Source: a virus. From it: a stretch of DNA of 64,000 nucleotides. Numbering within the stretch: the stretch's first letter is position 1; every line of letters starts with the position of its first letter. This document shows positions 46,860-56,279 of the stretch, piece after piece. The DNA lies in IMG/VR virus record IMGVR_UViG_2775507163_000001, positions 2,155 to 66,154 of that record, one strand, 5' to 3'. The notes under the pieces are model-generated. The model saw only the letters and a program-made list of their open reading frames with translations, was not told the DNA's origin and made no database searches. The translations under genes were made by a program, and so were the position numbers.

Positions 46860-47198
46860 ATGGCAATTATGCCGATGAAGCAAACCGTTACGCGCATACG
46901 CAAGTCCGGAAGTGATTGGGACGGAACAGAAGCCGAAGAAAGAACGCAATTAAAATGCGCTATTACAGAAGGCGCTAAATTAGTTCGTTCTATGTCGGGA
47001 ACAAGTGGTGTCCAGGGAGTTACCTCAAGCGAAGATGTCTCAACTGCGCAAATCTATTTCGATAAACTCGCGGATGTACAAATCACTGACGAGTTTGAAT
47101 ACACGAACGAATTAGGCATAACCCGTAAATATTCGCCTTTAACAATTGACATTAAGCGATTAAACGGTAAGCCGATTCTAACGGTGGTGAGCGTGTAA
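46860..47198 (+). CDS. head closure protein
   Basis: Position and size. Confidence 0.6.
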   Translation: MAIMPMKQTVTRIRKSGSDWDGTEAEERTQLKCAITEGAKLVRSMSGTSGVQGVTSSEDVSTAQIYFDKLADVQITDEFEYTNELGITRKYSPLTIDIKRLNGKPILTVVSV

Positions 47199-47599
47199 TG
47201 GCGCGGGATTTCGAAATAAACACTTCGGGGTTGGAGGCACTTATACAACGTTCTCCGCAAGCGGCATCAAAAGGAGCTAAACGCGGTTTGCACGACTCAC
47301 TTGACGATTGGGTAGTCCGATCGAAAGACATCGCGCCATTGGATAAAGGGACACTAAGACGAGGAATTAAATCGGAGGGTGTTCATGGAAATGGCATGAG
47401 ATTGGTTGGCGAGATATCGTCCGTCGCAAAAGAACGCAATTTTAACTACGCCTATTATATTCACGAAATGAATGCCGGCGGTAAAAACGTCGGTGGCGAA
47501 AAGAAATACCTCGACAAATCCGGCGAAGATAACAAAGACAAGTGGATGCGCTGGGTAGAAGAGGAGATACGCAATGAACTTCAACGCGAAGGATGGTGA
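47198..47599 (+). CDS. HK97 gp10-like neck protein
   Basis: APLDKGTLRR, YAYYIHE, KYL. Confidence 0.75.
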   Translation: MARDFEINTSGLEALIQRSPQAASKGAKRGLHDSLDDWVVRSKDIAPLDKGTLRRGIKSEGVHGNGMRLVGEISSVAKERNFNYAYYIHEMNAGGKNVGGEKKYLDKSGEDNKDKWMRWVEEEIRNELQREGW

Positions 47600-47605
47600 C
47601 GGTAA

Positions 47606-48052
47606 TTGTCCGTTGTAACAGAGTTAAATTCGATTTATGACGTTTTAAAAACGAAGTATCCGAGCGCAACGATTGTGCGGCAGGATGTGCCGTCATCGCC
47701 AAAAGCGAACACGTTCGTTGTGCGGATACAGTATACCGACAGTAAAACGGAAACACGGGCATCGTTTTTGAACGACCGTGAGTTCCAGCTTATATATTTT
47801 GGCACAAGTTCCGTCGATGTCTTAACGAAGGCTGACGAACTAAACCGATTATTTCAAAACGATCGATTCGTCGTACCTATTCGAGATTCTTTGCGCTATA
47901 TACGCGTGAAGGGTTTTTCTTATGGAGCAGCGTTTAAGTCAGCAAGCGGAGTCGATTCCTTGATTGCGATAATGCAAACGGAGACGCGCGAAGCTCGCGA
48001 TTTTGAAACTTATGAAAAAATCACGTCTGTTATCGCAGACATTAAGGAGTGA
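47606..48052 (+). CDS. tail terminator-like protein
   Basis: Position before the sheath. Confidence 0.6.
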   Translation: MSVVTELNSIYDVLKTKYPSATIVRQDVPSSPKANTFVVRIQYTDSKTETRASFLNDREFQLIYFGTSSVDVLTKADELNRLFQNDRFVVPIRDSLRYIRVKGFSYGAAFKSASGVDSLIAIMQTETREARDFETYEKITSVIADIKE

Positions 48053-48057
48053 ATTAA

Positions 48058-49110
48058 ATGGCAGGTGGGTCTTGGGATAAAAATTCTTTACCAGTACGTC
48101 CAGGTTTATACGCTAACTTTGTTTCTAGTGCCAGCGCACAAATTAGCGGAGGCGAACGTGGTACAGTGGCTATTCCACTAAAAGCGTTCAATGGCGGAAC
48201 AGCTTCAGCAAAAACTTTTTACACAGTTACAAACGAGACTGATGCAGGCGTACTTTTCGGTACAGCTAATATTCAATCGATTAAATTCGCACTACAGGGC
48301 GGCGCAAAAGAGGTGCTTGTATATACGATGCCTACATCGCCAGCAACGCAAGACTATGTAGACATGCGGTTAGCATTCGACACTCGCCCGTTTAACGTAT
48401 TCGTTTATGACGGCATTGTGGCGTCTGTTGAACAAGACAACACGCTAGTTTGGGTGAAGGCTAACAAAGACGAAGGTAAACATTTCACGGCCGTATTCGG
48501 TTGCGTATTAGCGGCAGACGATAATGACCCAGCAGTCGGCGATGCTCGCTCGATTCGATTAGCTGATGATTACTCCGTCAATTTAATTGAAGGCGTAGTT
48601 ATCGGAGGAGTTTCTTATAACTCTGCTCAATACGCATCGTATATCGCTGGACTTATCGCAGGCACTCCGATTAACCAATCGATTACTTATCTCGTGGTAC
48701 CGGCTGATGACGTTACTAAGCGTCTGACTAATACTCAGATTAAAACATCACTATCTAACGGCTCGCTAGTTCTTACGAATGATGGCGAAAAAGTTAAAGT
48801 CGAGCAAGGCTTAACGGCTTCCGTTAAAAAGATTCGTACCACTCGAGCTCGCCAGGCGGTTCTTACCGATGTAGCTAAGACGGCTAACGATAATTATATC
48901 GGCAGACTCGACAACAATGCAGACGGTCAAGCTGCGCTAATTAGTGCGGTGAAAGTATATCTTGAAACGCTTGAACAAGCGAATGTGCTAACGGATATTT
49001 CTGTCGGTATTGACCCGCAATTCCAATCCGTTGGTGACTCCGTTTTCCTTGCAATTGCATTTACGGAAATCGATTCAATGGAACGTATTTTCTTAACAAT
49101 CAACATCTAA
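48058..49110 (+). CDS. tail sheath protein (XkdK-like)
   Basis: MAGGSWD...RPGLYANF, KKIRTTR, YIGRLDNNADG. Confidence 0.85.
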   Translation: MAGGSWDKNSLPVRPGLYANFVSSASAQISGGERGTVAIPLKAFNGGTASAKTFYTVTNETDAGVLFGTANIQSIKFALQGGAKEVLVYTMPTSPATQDYVDMRLAFDTRPFNVFVYDGIVASVEQDNTLVWVKANKDEGKHFTAVFGCVLAADDNDPAVGDARSIRLADDYSVNLIEGVVIGGVSYNSAQYASYIAGLIAGTPINQSITYLVVPADDVTKRLTNTQIKTSLSNGSLVLTNDGEKVKVEQGLTASVKKIRTTRARQAVLTDVAKTANDNYIGRLDNNADGQAALISAVKVYLETLEQANVLTDISVGIDPQFQSVGDSVFLAIAFTEIDSMERIFLTINI

Positions 49111-49129
49111 AAAGGGGCGGTGAAGTTAT

Positions 49130-49567
49130 ATGGCAATGGACGCAACTCGTACTATTTCCGGAAGTTACGGAGAGGTTTGGCACGAAGGTAAGTGGTTGAC
49201 TAATTTTAACTCCGCAGAAGCAGCGGGTGAGATTAATTTCGAAGAAATCAACCGTAGCGGAACTCGGATTGTCGGACAAAAAGCAACGACTGTGACTTTC
49301 AGCGGTAACATGAAAGGCTTAAAATTATCGTCCAGAATGACGAAACTAATCGGTCAAATTGGCACAGATCGCGGTAAATCTTTCGTTACAGAATTAATTA
49401 TGAAGTTAGACGATCCAGAAAGTTACGGAGCAGAGCGCATTCGGTTAAAGGGCGTTCAATTTAGCAGAATAGATTTAATTAAATTCGAAGCTGGTAGCGT
49501 AGTAGAAACTGAATTACCTTTCGTATTTACAGGCTACGACTTACTAGACGAGATCAAAGAAGCGTAA
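49130..49567 (+). CDS. tail tube protein (XkdM-like)
   Basis: TISGSYG, LDDPESYGAERI, ELPFVF. Confidence 0.85.
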   Translation: MAMDATRTISGSYGEVWHEGKWLTNFNSAEAAGEINFEEINRSGTRIVGQKATTVTFSGNMKGLKLSSRMTKLIGQIGTDRGKSFVTELIMKLDDPESYGAERIRLKGVQFSRIDLIKFEAGSVVETELPFVFTGYDLLDEIKEA

Positions 49568-49626
49568 TCATGGCGGGCCTAGTGTCCGTCTTTTAATTTG
49601 AAAGTTACCTGGGAGGGTTATTATAA

Positions 49627-50001
49627 ATGGCGAAAAAAGATGCACTATCAGCGTTTCTTAGCGCTGACATTAACGTAAAACAAGGCGTACCTATTAAAAG
49701 ACTTGGAATCGACTTGACGGTGAAAGCCATTGACGGAAAAACTATCGCTCGCTTAACCGAGCAGGCCACACACGGAAAGACGCTAGATGAACAGAAGTTT
49801 GGCGCACTAGTCATTGCAACAGCTTGCGTAGACCTCAATTTCGGCGATGCAAAAATGCTTGAGAAATACGAAGCGTCCGACGCAGGTGATTGCGTTCAAA
49901 AGGCGTTGCTGGCTGGAGAAATCGCAAAACTTACGCAAGCAATCATGGAGATTAGCGGATTTGACGATATTAATGCGCAGATTGATAACGCAAAAAACTA
50001 A
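49627..50001 (+). CDS. tail assembly chaperone (XkdN-like), with -1 frameshift extension to 50150
   Basis: LLAGEI..L...IMEISGF; slippery A AAA AAC at 49992-98 just before TAA; -1 frame open to TAG 50150. Confidence 0.85.
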   Translation: MAKKDALSAFLSADINVKQGVPIKRLGIDLTVKAIDGKTIARLTEQATHGKTLDEQKFGALVIATACVDLNFGDAKMLEKYEASDAGDCVQKALLAGEIAKLTQAIMEISGFDDINAQIDNAKN

Positions 50002-50179
50002 TTAAAGCCGGGGGAGAAGCACTAATACTACACAGTATTTTCCAACGGCACCATATACCACCTGACGAAGTTTACCAAAAAGAAGTACGGCATAGGGCGT
50101 TTATGTATGCGTCTATGGAACTCGTCCTTGAAGAGGAAGAAAAGAGCTAGCGTTAAACTCCGAGATAATTCGTCAGAAG

Positions 50180-50255
50180 TGTCCGATTTTGTGAAGTCAT
50201 GCGTCATACAAAATATAGACGTAGACTGCGCGACTTTGCTGAGTAATGCGACATA
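50180..50255 (+). promoter_or_regulatory. two tandem phage-sigma promoter copies before the HNH gene
   Basis: TGTCCGA-N13-TGCGTCATA (50180-208) and TGCGCGA-N13-TGCGACATA (50227-55). Confidence 0.6.
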
Positions 50256-50361
50256 CGTATTGAGGCAGGTGCGCGGATTTATAATCTCGCAACCTATAAT
50301 TCTATGACGACGTCGTTTCTGAGGGGAATTGGCGCACTTGATGACGAAATGAAACGGAGGA

Positions 50362-51195
50362 TTGACGTTTAAATTGGCGAATACAAAAGTTTGCAAGGGT
50401 TGTTTAAAGGAGTTACCGCTGGAAAATTTCGGAGTTGCAAAAACAAACAAGGACGGAAGAGAAGGAAAGTGCCGAAAGTGTAGGGAAAATCAAAGACCTA
50501 AGGTAACTAAGACTTGCTTATACTGCGGGGAGGTTTTTCAAAATACGAGGTCTAACTCGAAATTCTGTAGTCATAAATGCCAAGGTGATTCTCGAAAAGA
50601 AAAACTTACCGTAAATTGCTCTTATTGTGGGAACGAGAAGTCAATCGTCCCTTCATTGTTTAAGAGGCTGGAAAACTTTTATTGTAATCAATCTTGCAGA
50701 ACAGAGCATTTAAAAATCATAATGCAGGCTGAAAATAACCCGAACTACGCAAGGATTAACACAAACTGCTCTGGGTGTGGGGAAAGCATAACTATTCAAC
50801 CATTTCGATTAGAAAAGCATAAATTTCAATTTTGCTCTAACGATTGTTATAAGAAAAATATCGGAAAGTTTCACAGAGGTGAAAATAACCCAATGTGGAA
50901 TGGTTCCCTCAGTAGCGAAGAAAGAATTAAAATGAGGGCACTGCCAGAATACAGAGGTTGGCGAAAAGAAGTTTATGAAAAAGATAGTTACACTTGTCAA
51001 CACTGTTTAGATAAGACTGGCGGTAACCTAGTTGCGCATCACTTGTATAGTTGGAATAGGTATCCTAATTTGCGTTTTGATGTGAACAACGGAATAACAC
51101 TTTGTAAAGACTGTCATAAGGATTTCCATAAGCACTATGGTTATGGAGATAATACTGAAGAACAGTTTGTTACATGGGAATCACTAGGACGGTAA
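50362..51195 (+). CDS. free-standing HNH endonuclease with multiple zinc fingers
   Basis: Repeated CxxC/FCSxxC; TCQHC...LVAHHL...NGITLCKDCHKDFH. Confidence 0.85.
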   Translation: MTFKLANTKVCKGCLKELPLENFGVAKTNKDGREGKCRKCRENQRPKVTKTCLYCGEVFQNTRSNSKFCSHKCQGDSRKEKLTVNCSYCGNEKSIVPSLFKRLENFYCNQSCRTEHLKIIMQAENNPNYARINTNCSGCGESITIQPFRLEKHKFQFCSNDCYKKNIGKFHRGENNPMWNGSLSSEERIKMRALPEYRGWRKEVYEKDSYTCQHCLDKTGGNLVAHHLYSWNRYPNLRFDVNNGITLCKDCHKDFHKHYGYGDNTEEQFVTWESLGR

Positions 51196-51237
51196 CAAAT
51201 CACCGTCTTTTTTATTTTGTAGAAAGGAGGAAATTAA

Positions 51238-51529
51238 ATGGCATTCGATTTAACAGCTGTCTTACGACTAAACGATGCCGGATTTACGCGTGGTATGAGA
51301 AACGCAAGGCGTAGCATGAGCGGGTTGCGTAATAGCGCGCGCGAAGCAGTAACGCAACTAGGGCTTATAACCGGAGCGGCGGGCGCTGTTGGCGTGGCGT
51401 TTCTGTCAGCGAAAAAGGCGATGGATTTTGAATCTCAGATGTCCACAATAAAGGCATTAACCGGCGCAACAGGTGCGGAGATGAAACAAATGTCCGACCT
51501 AGCGATTGAAATGGGTCAAAAGACGAAGT
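51238..51529 (+). CDS. tail tape measure protein, exon 1
   Basis: AAAGGAGG RBS; AMDFESQMSTIKALTGAT...MGQKTK TP901-type core. Confidence 0.85.
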
Positions 51530-51808
51530 AGACGAATGCTTCACTACGTGAGAAATCCGTAGAACAAATAACAGTGTGAATTCGGTGAAGGCTCAGCGCA
51601 TAATGGCGGTGCTAATACCGAGCCAAGCCTAGACGGAAACGTCAGGAAGGTGTAACGACTAATCGGAGTAACCTAAGTTAAAAAGATACGGTGAAACGGA
51701 CACGAGCGCACTGCACCCTAACGAAATACGACGAGGGTGATGAGATAGTCTGAACTTGCCGGAAACTGCAAGAAGTAGAGGATAAAGAGCCTCTACGATA
51801 ACATTTTG
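51530..51808 (+). ncRNA. ORF-less group I intron (279 nt) in the tape measure gene
   Basis: P1 GAAGU/GCUUC; P10 GAAU/AUUC; P3 CAGUGUG(51572)/CGCACUG(51707); P AAUUCGGUGAA, Q AAUACCGAG, R GUAACGACUA, S GAGAUAGUC; terminal G 51808; splicing gives KTK-Y-SALEAG in frame. Confidence 0.93.
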
Positions 51809-53487
51809 ATTCAGCCCTAGAAGCAGGAAGAGGTATTGAAGAGTTACTTAAAGCAGGTATAACTCCAGCGGCAGTTCAATCCGGAGCACTTCAAGCGGCG
51901 CTTAACCTCGCTACTGCGGGCGGACTGGAATTAGCGGAAGCGGCCGAGGTAATGTCGACAGCACTAAATGCTTTCAAAGACGACGCGTTAACTGCGGAGC
52001 AAGCTTCCAATATCCTCGCTGGAACTGCAAACGCTTCGGCAACTGGCGTGCATGAACTACGATATTCCTTATCGATGGTTTCTGCGGTAGCGGCCGGCTT
52101 AGGTATGTCTTTTAGAGATACAAACTCAGCGCTCGGTGTGTTAGCAAATAACGGACTCAAAGGTTCGGACGCAGGTACATCATTAAAGACGATGTTATCA
52201 AACTTAGAGCCTAAAACAAAAAGAGCGCGCGAAGCTATGTACGAGATGGGTATCACTACTAAGCAAGGCGCCAACCTCTTCTTTGACGCTCACGGTAAAG
52301 TTAAGTCTATGGCCGAAATAGCAGGCGTGTTACACGATAAGCTGAAAAAACTAAATCCGCAACAACGACAAACAGCTTTATACGCCATGTTCGGATCAGA
52401 CGCCATACGTGCTGGAACTATTTTATATAAAGAAGGCGCAAAAGGGATAGACGAATTTAACAAGGCTATGTCGAAAGTAACAGCGCTAGACGTCGCAAAA
52501 GAGAAAATGAATAACGCAGCGGGCGCGCTCGAAATATTAAAAGGCGCACTAGAAACGTTTCAGATTCAAGTAATGACACCGTTGTTGCCGGTAATAAAAG
52601 ACGCAGGACTTCAGTTCGCTAACTGGATGTCTAGTATTAAACCGGAACAAATCCAGGCGATGGGCGATAAAATTCGCGATGCAGGGCAGGCGGTACTTGA
52701 TTTCGCCAATTTTATCCGAGACAACTGGGTGCCAATCCGTGAGACTGTAATTGCTTTAGCGGCCGGGCTTGTAACGTTAAGAGCCGGAATGCTGGCCTTG
52801 ACTATTATTTCAACAATCAACGCGCTAATGGTTGCATACAGAGCGGGAACAATCGCAGCGACACTCGCACAATGGGGTCTTAATGCGGCAATGCTCGCAA
52901 ATCCAATCGGACTTGTAATCGTTGCTATCGCTGCACTAGTGGCGGCAGGCGTTGTGCTTTATCGAAATTGGGATGCCGTTAAAGCTAAAATGTCCGCAAT
53001 CTGGGATGGAATAAAACAAGCGGCAGCAGACGCCGTTAACTTTATGATTGGTGAAATCAACAAACTAATCGGACTGATAAACAAAATTCCAGGAGTCAAT
53101 ATTCCTATCATACCGAAAATTGATTGGGATAAAGCGAAAAATCCTGGAGGCGGAACAAAGCCGTTAACAGGCACGAAGAATATACTCGGTCCCGCCAAAA
53201 AGCCGAAGCAAACCTTTAACGATGCGAGAACAAAGAGTATTATGAGCGGTTTTAGTCATCACGCAGGAATCGATAGAGTCCCTCGGGATCAATATCCAAT
53301 TTCTGCACATAAAGGAGAAAAACTGTTAACAAAGGCCGAAGCCGACGCTTACAGGCGTGGAAAGGGCGGAAACTCTTACGCATTCAACGTCACTCTAAAC
53401 GGCTCTGGCTCGACTGAAAAGGACGCGGAAAAACTATTCGAAATCTTCGTTAAGAAAGTCGAAGCAGCAGGAGGTGCTGGCGCATAA
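51809..53487 (+). CDS. tail tape measure protein, exon 2 (spliced product 656 aa)
   Basis: SALEAGRGIEELLKAG...GLKGSDAGTSLKTML; AMLANPIGLVI. Confidence 0.85.
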
Positions 53488-54152
53488 TGGCTATCGAATA
53501 TTGGCTAATATCCGGAAAAACGAAACTAAGGCTTCCCGTCAATCCCGAATCCTATGCGTACAGTTCCCCGTTCGCCTACACGGAAACCGAAGTGGAAAGT
53601 CTCGGCGAAGTCACGAATATCGGACGCCGTGGTCTGAAGGACTTTACGCTAACAACGTTCTGGCCTCGCGATTATAACCCGGCATACTGCAATTATTCCG
53701 GATTTCGTTCGCCTGCTAGTTTCGTCGCTCAAATTGAAAGTTGGCGGAGTGCTCGTGCACCAATACGATATGTCGTGACAGGAATCAGCGGCGCCAACCA
53801 CCTCGTAACGATTCGCGACTTTGATGTCGAAGCAGAAAAGGCAGGCGCGCCAGGAGACGTTTATTTTACGCTATCACTAAAAGAGTATCGCCAGCCTTCT
53901 ATCAAAGTCGTTGATACATCGAAGCCTAAGAAGGGCTCGAGCTCGTCTAAATCGCGCCCACCAGCGTCCAAGTCTAAGCAACTTAAGTCATACACCGTTA
54001 AGTCGGGCGATAGTCTGTGGAAGATTGCGGCCCGAAAGGACGTGTATGGCGCGGGCAGTAAGTGGCGCAAGATTTACGATGCCAATAAAAAGACCATCGG
54101 CAAGAATCCGAATAGAATTTATCCGGGTCAGAAGTTGGTGATTCCGAAGTGA
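53487..54152 (+). CDS. XkdP-like LysM baseplate protein
   Basis: LRLPVNP, GDVYFTLSLKEYR, YTVKSGDSLWKIA LysM. Confidence 0.9.
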   Translation: MAIEYWLISGKTKLRLPVNPESYAYSSPFAYTETEVESLGEVTNIGRRGLKDFTLTTFWPRDYNPAYCNYSGFRSPASFVAQIESWRSARAPIRYVVTGISGANHLVTIRDFDVEAEKAGAPGDVYFTLSLKEYRQPSIKVVDTSKPKKGSSSSKSRPPASKSKQLKSYTVKSGDSLWKIAARKDVYGAGSKWRKIYDANKKTIGKNPNRIYPGQKLVIPK

Positions 54153-55561
54153 GCGTTTCGGTATTTTATTACATCGGTAAGAAGGTCATTTATTTGACGC
54201 CATTGGTTACGGGCATCACTTGGTCCGGCGATGTGACAGAAGCAAGTCGGTCGTGCGAGATATCGCTAAACAATACGCTGAATGGCACGATTAAAGCCGT
54301 AATTGTAGAAGTGGGCCATAAAGTACGTGTGAAAGTAGATGGCGAGGAAATCTTTCGCGGCATCATTTTTTCTACCGATATGACAAGCGACGGAACTATG
54401 CAGATATCCGTGCGCGACTACAACCACTACCTTACGAAAAATACGGATTCACAGAAATTCGTTAAGATGAAGGCGAGCTCCATCGTTAAGTCTATCTGTA
54501 AAAAGTACGACATTGATTACGGACACATCGACGACACGGGCTACGTTATACCTAAGTTAATACTACGCGATAAAACTTTGTACGACATGATCGTTATAGC
54601 CTTGACGGAGACTCGACAGAAGACCGGCAAGGTTTATTTATTGTCCAACGAAAAAGGGAAACTCGTTTTGCGTGAGCGTAAGAAGCAAGTGAAGCGCCTG
54701 ATTATTTCGGACGGCTCGAACATATTAAGCGCAAACATGACGACGTCCATCGATGACATGCGTAACTCTGTTCGTTATACAGGTAAGAGCGGAGAGGATG
54801 CTAAGGGCGTAACCGTGAGTGATTCGGCATCGATTAAAAAATACGGTCTTATGCGGCAAAAGGAGCACGATGGCGATAAGTCTGACGCTAAGTTAAAGCC
54901 AATCGCTGCCTCGCTTTTAAAAGAACTCAACAAAGTGGCGACCGAATCAACCGTAGATTCATTCGGCGATCCGTCCGTTTATGCCGGAACGATGGTTCAA
55001 GTATCCGAGAAAATGACGGGGCTTAGCGGAGGGTTTTACGTGATTACCGATTCGCACCAATTTGACCCTAACGGAATGCACACGATGTCGTTGAAGGTTT
55101 CTAAGACGCTTGAGCTTAACGAAATTAATTACGAGGCGCCTGACGAATCAACTGACGGCAAGTCATCCCCATCCTCAAAAGTAAGCGAAAAAGCGAATGA
55201 TGTTGTTGAGCTCGCGCGGAGCTATAAAGGAAAAGTTCGTTATGTATTCGGCAACAAGAACATCGCAGGCGGAACCGGCGACTGCTCCGGCTTTACTCAG
55301 TTTATATTCCAAAAAGCTGCGGGCATCAATATCGGCCACGGCACCTCCACGCAAATTACGAAGGGTTCGAAAGTTTCGAAAGACGACGCTCAGGCTGGTG
55401 ATTTAATCTTCTTCCAAGGCACGTATCGAGCCGGAGTTTCTCACGTTGGCATCGTAACGAGAAAAGGATATTTCATCGGGCTTGGAAATAGCGGAGTTAA
55501 GGAAGCAAGTTATACAAGCGGTTATTGGGACCGTCATTTTATGCAGATAAGGCGGGTGTAG
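54149..55561 (+). CDS. XkdQ-like baseplate hub fused to an NlpC/P60 peptidase
   Basis: ITWSGD...SRSCE hub; C-terminal GDCSGFTQ, AGDLIFF, SHVGIV. Confidence 0.85.
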   Translation: MSVSVFYYIGKKVIYLTPLVTGITWSGDVTEASRSCEISLNNTLNGTIKAVIVEVGHKVRVKVDGEEIFRGIIFSTDMTSDGTMQISVRDYNHYLTKNTDSQKFVKMKASSIVKSICKKYDIDYGHIDDTGYVIPKLILRDKTLYDMIVIALTETRQKTGKVYLLSNEKGKLVLRERKKQVKRLIISDGSNILSANMTTSIDDMRNSVRYTGKSGEDAKGVTVSDSASIKKYGLMRQKEHDGDKSDAKLKPIAASLLKELNKVATESTVDSFGDPSVYAGTMVQVSEKMTGLSGGFYVITDSHQFDPNGMHTMSLKVSKTLELNEINYEAPDESTDGKSSPSSKVSEKANDVVELARSYKGKVRYVFGNKNIAGGTGDCSGFTQFIFQKAAGINIGHGTSTQITKGSKVSKDDAQAGDLIFFQGTYRAGVSHVGIVTRKGYFIGLGNSGVKEASYTSGYWDRHFMQIRRV

Positions 55562-55566
55562 TAGCG

Positions 55567-55851
55567 ATGGATAAACGAATGAAAATCGAAGGTTCGGCGG
55601 CGTCCAAAATGATTCAACTCATGCGGAAGCATGGACATAATCGCGACGTGTCGATCGAACTAGCGACAGTTGTCACGCCATTGCCCGAATTATCTGTGCA
55701 GCTCGGCTCAGACGGATTATTGCTCGAACGTGAGGACTTAGTAATTGCGGGAATCGTCGCCACCTATTCGTTAGCACCGGGCGACCAAGTTATTGTAATC
55801 GGCGATGATGATTCGCAGTTTTATTACGTAATAGATAAGGCGGTGGAATAA
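55567..55851 (+). CDS. XkdR/DUF2577-like baseplate protein
   Basis: ELATVVTPLPEL, LAPGDQV, FYYVIDK. Confidence 0.75.
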   Translation: MDKRMKIEGSAASKMIQLMRKHGHNRDVSIELATVVTPLPELSVQLGSDGLLLEREDLVIAGIVATYSLAPGDQVIVIGDDDSQFYYVIDKAVE

Positions 55852-56279
55852 TGGCACTCACACCGGAAGAAATTGACGAAGTTAACGAACCAGAGATTTC
55901 CGATGAAGGCGAGATACCTTCGAAAACATGGGCGATTGATTTCGAGAATGGCACCATAGGCGGATTTATTGACGGCGACGCTGCCCTAAAACAGTTTGCG
56001 TTAAAGGCGCTTATGACGGAGCGTAGCAAGCACTCCATTTATACGGATGATTACGGCACCGAGTTAATGGACTTAGTCGGAGCGGATGTCACAGCGGCGC
56101 TCCTAGATTCGGAGATTCCGAGAATGGTCGAAGAGACGCTTATTTATGACGACCGAATCGACGAAGTAACGGACATACTTTTAACGCGAGAAGGCGATAA
56201 ATTATACATTTCATTTCGCGTCGTAACGACTACGGGCGAAGAGATAACAACGGAGGAGGTGGCGATAAATGGCGTATGA
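55851..56279 (+). CDS. XkdS/DUF2634-like baseplate protein
   Basis: KALMTER, IYTDDYGTEL, ETLIYDDRI. Confidence 0.8.
   Translation: MALTPEEIDEVNEPEISDEGEIPSKTWAIDFENGTIGGFIDGDAALKQFALKALMTERSKHSIYTDDYGTELMDLVGADVTAALLDSEIPRMVEETLIYDDRIDEVTDILLTREGDKLYISFRVVTTTGEEITTEEVAINGV

Noticed and set aside
51238-53487. Tape measure gene as two genes or a pseudogene
   Set aside because: Intron removal restores a single frame
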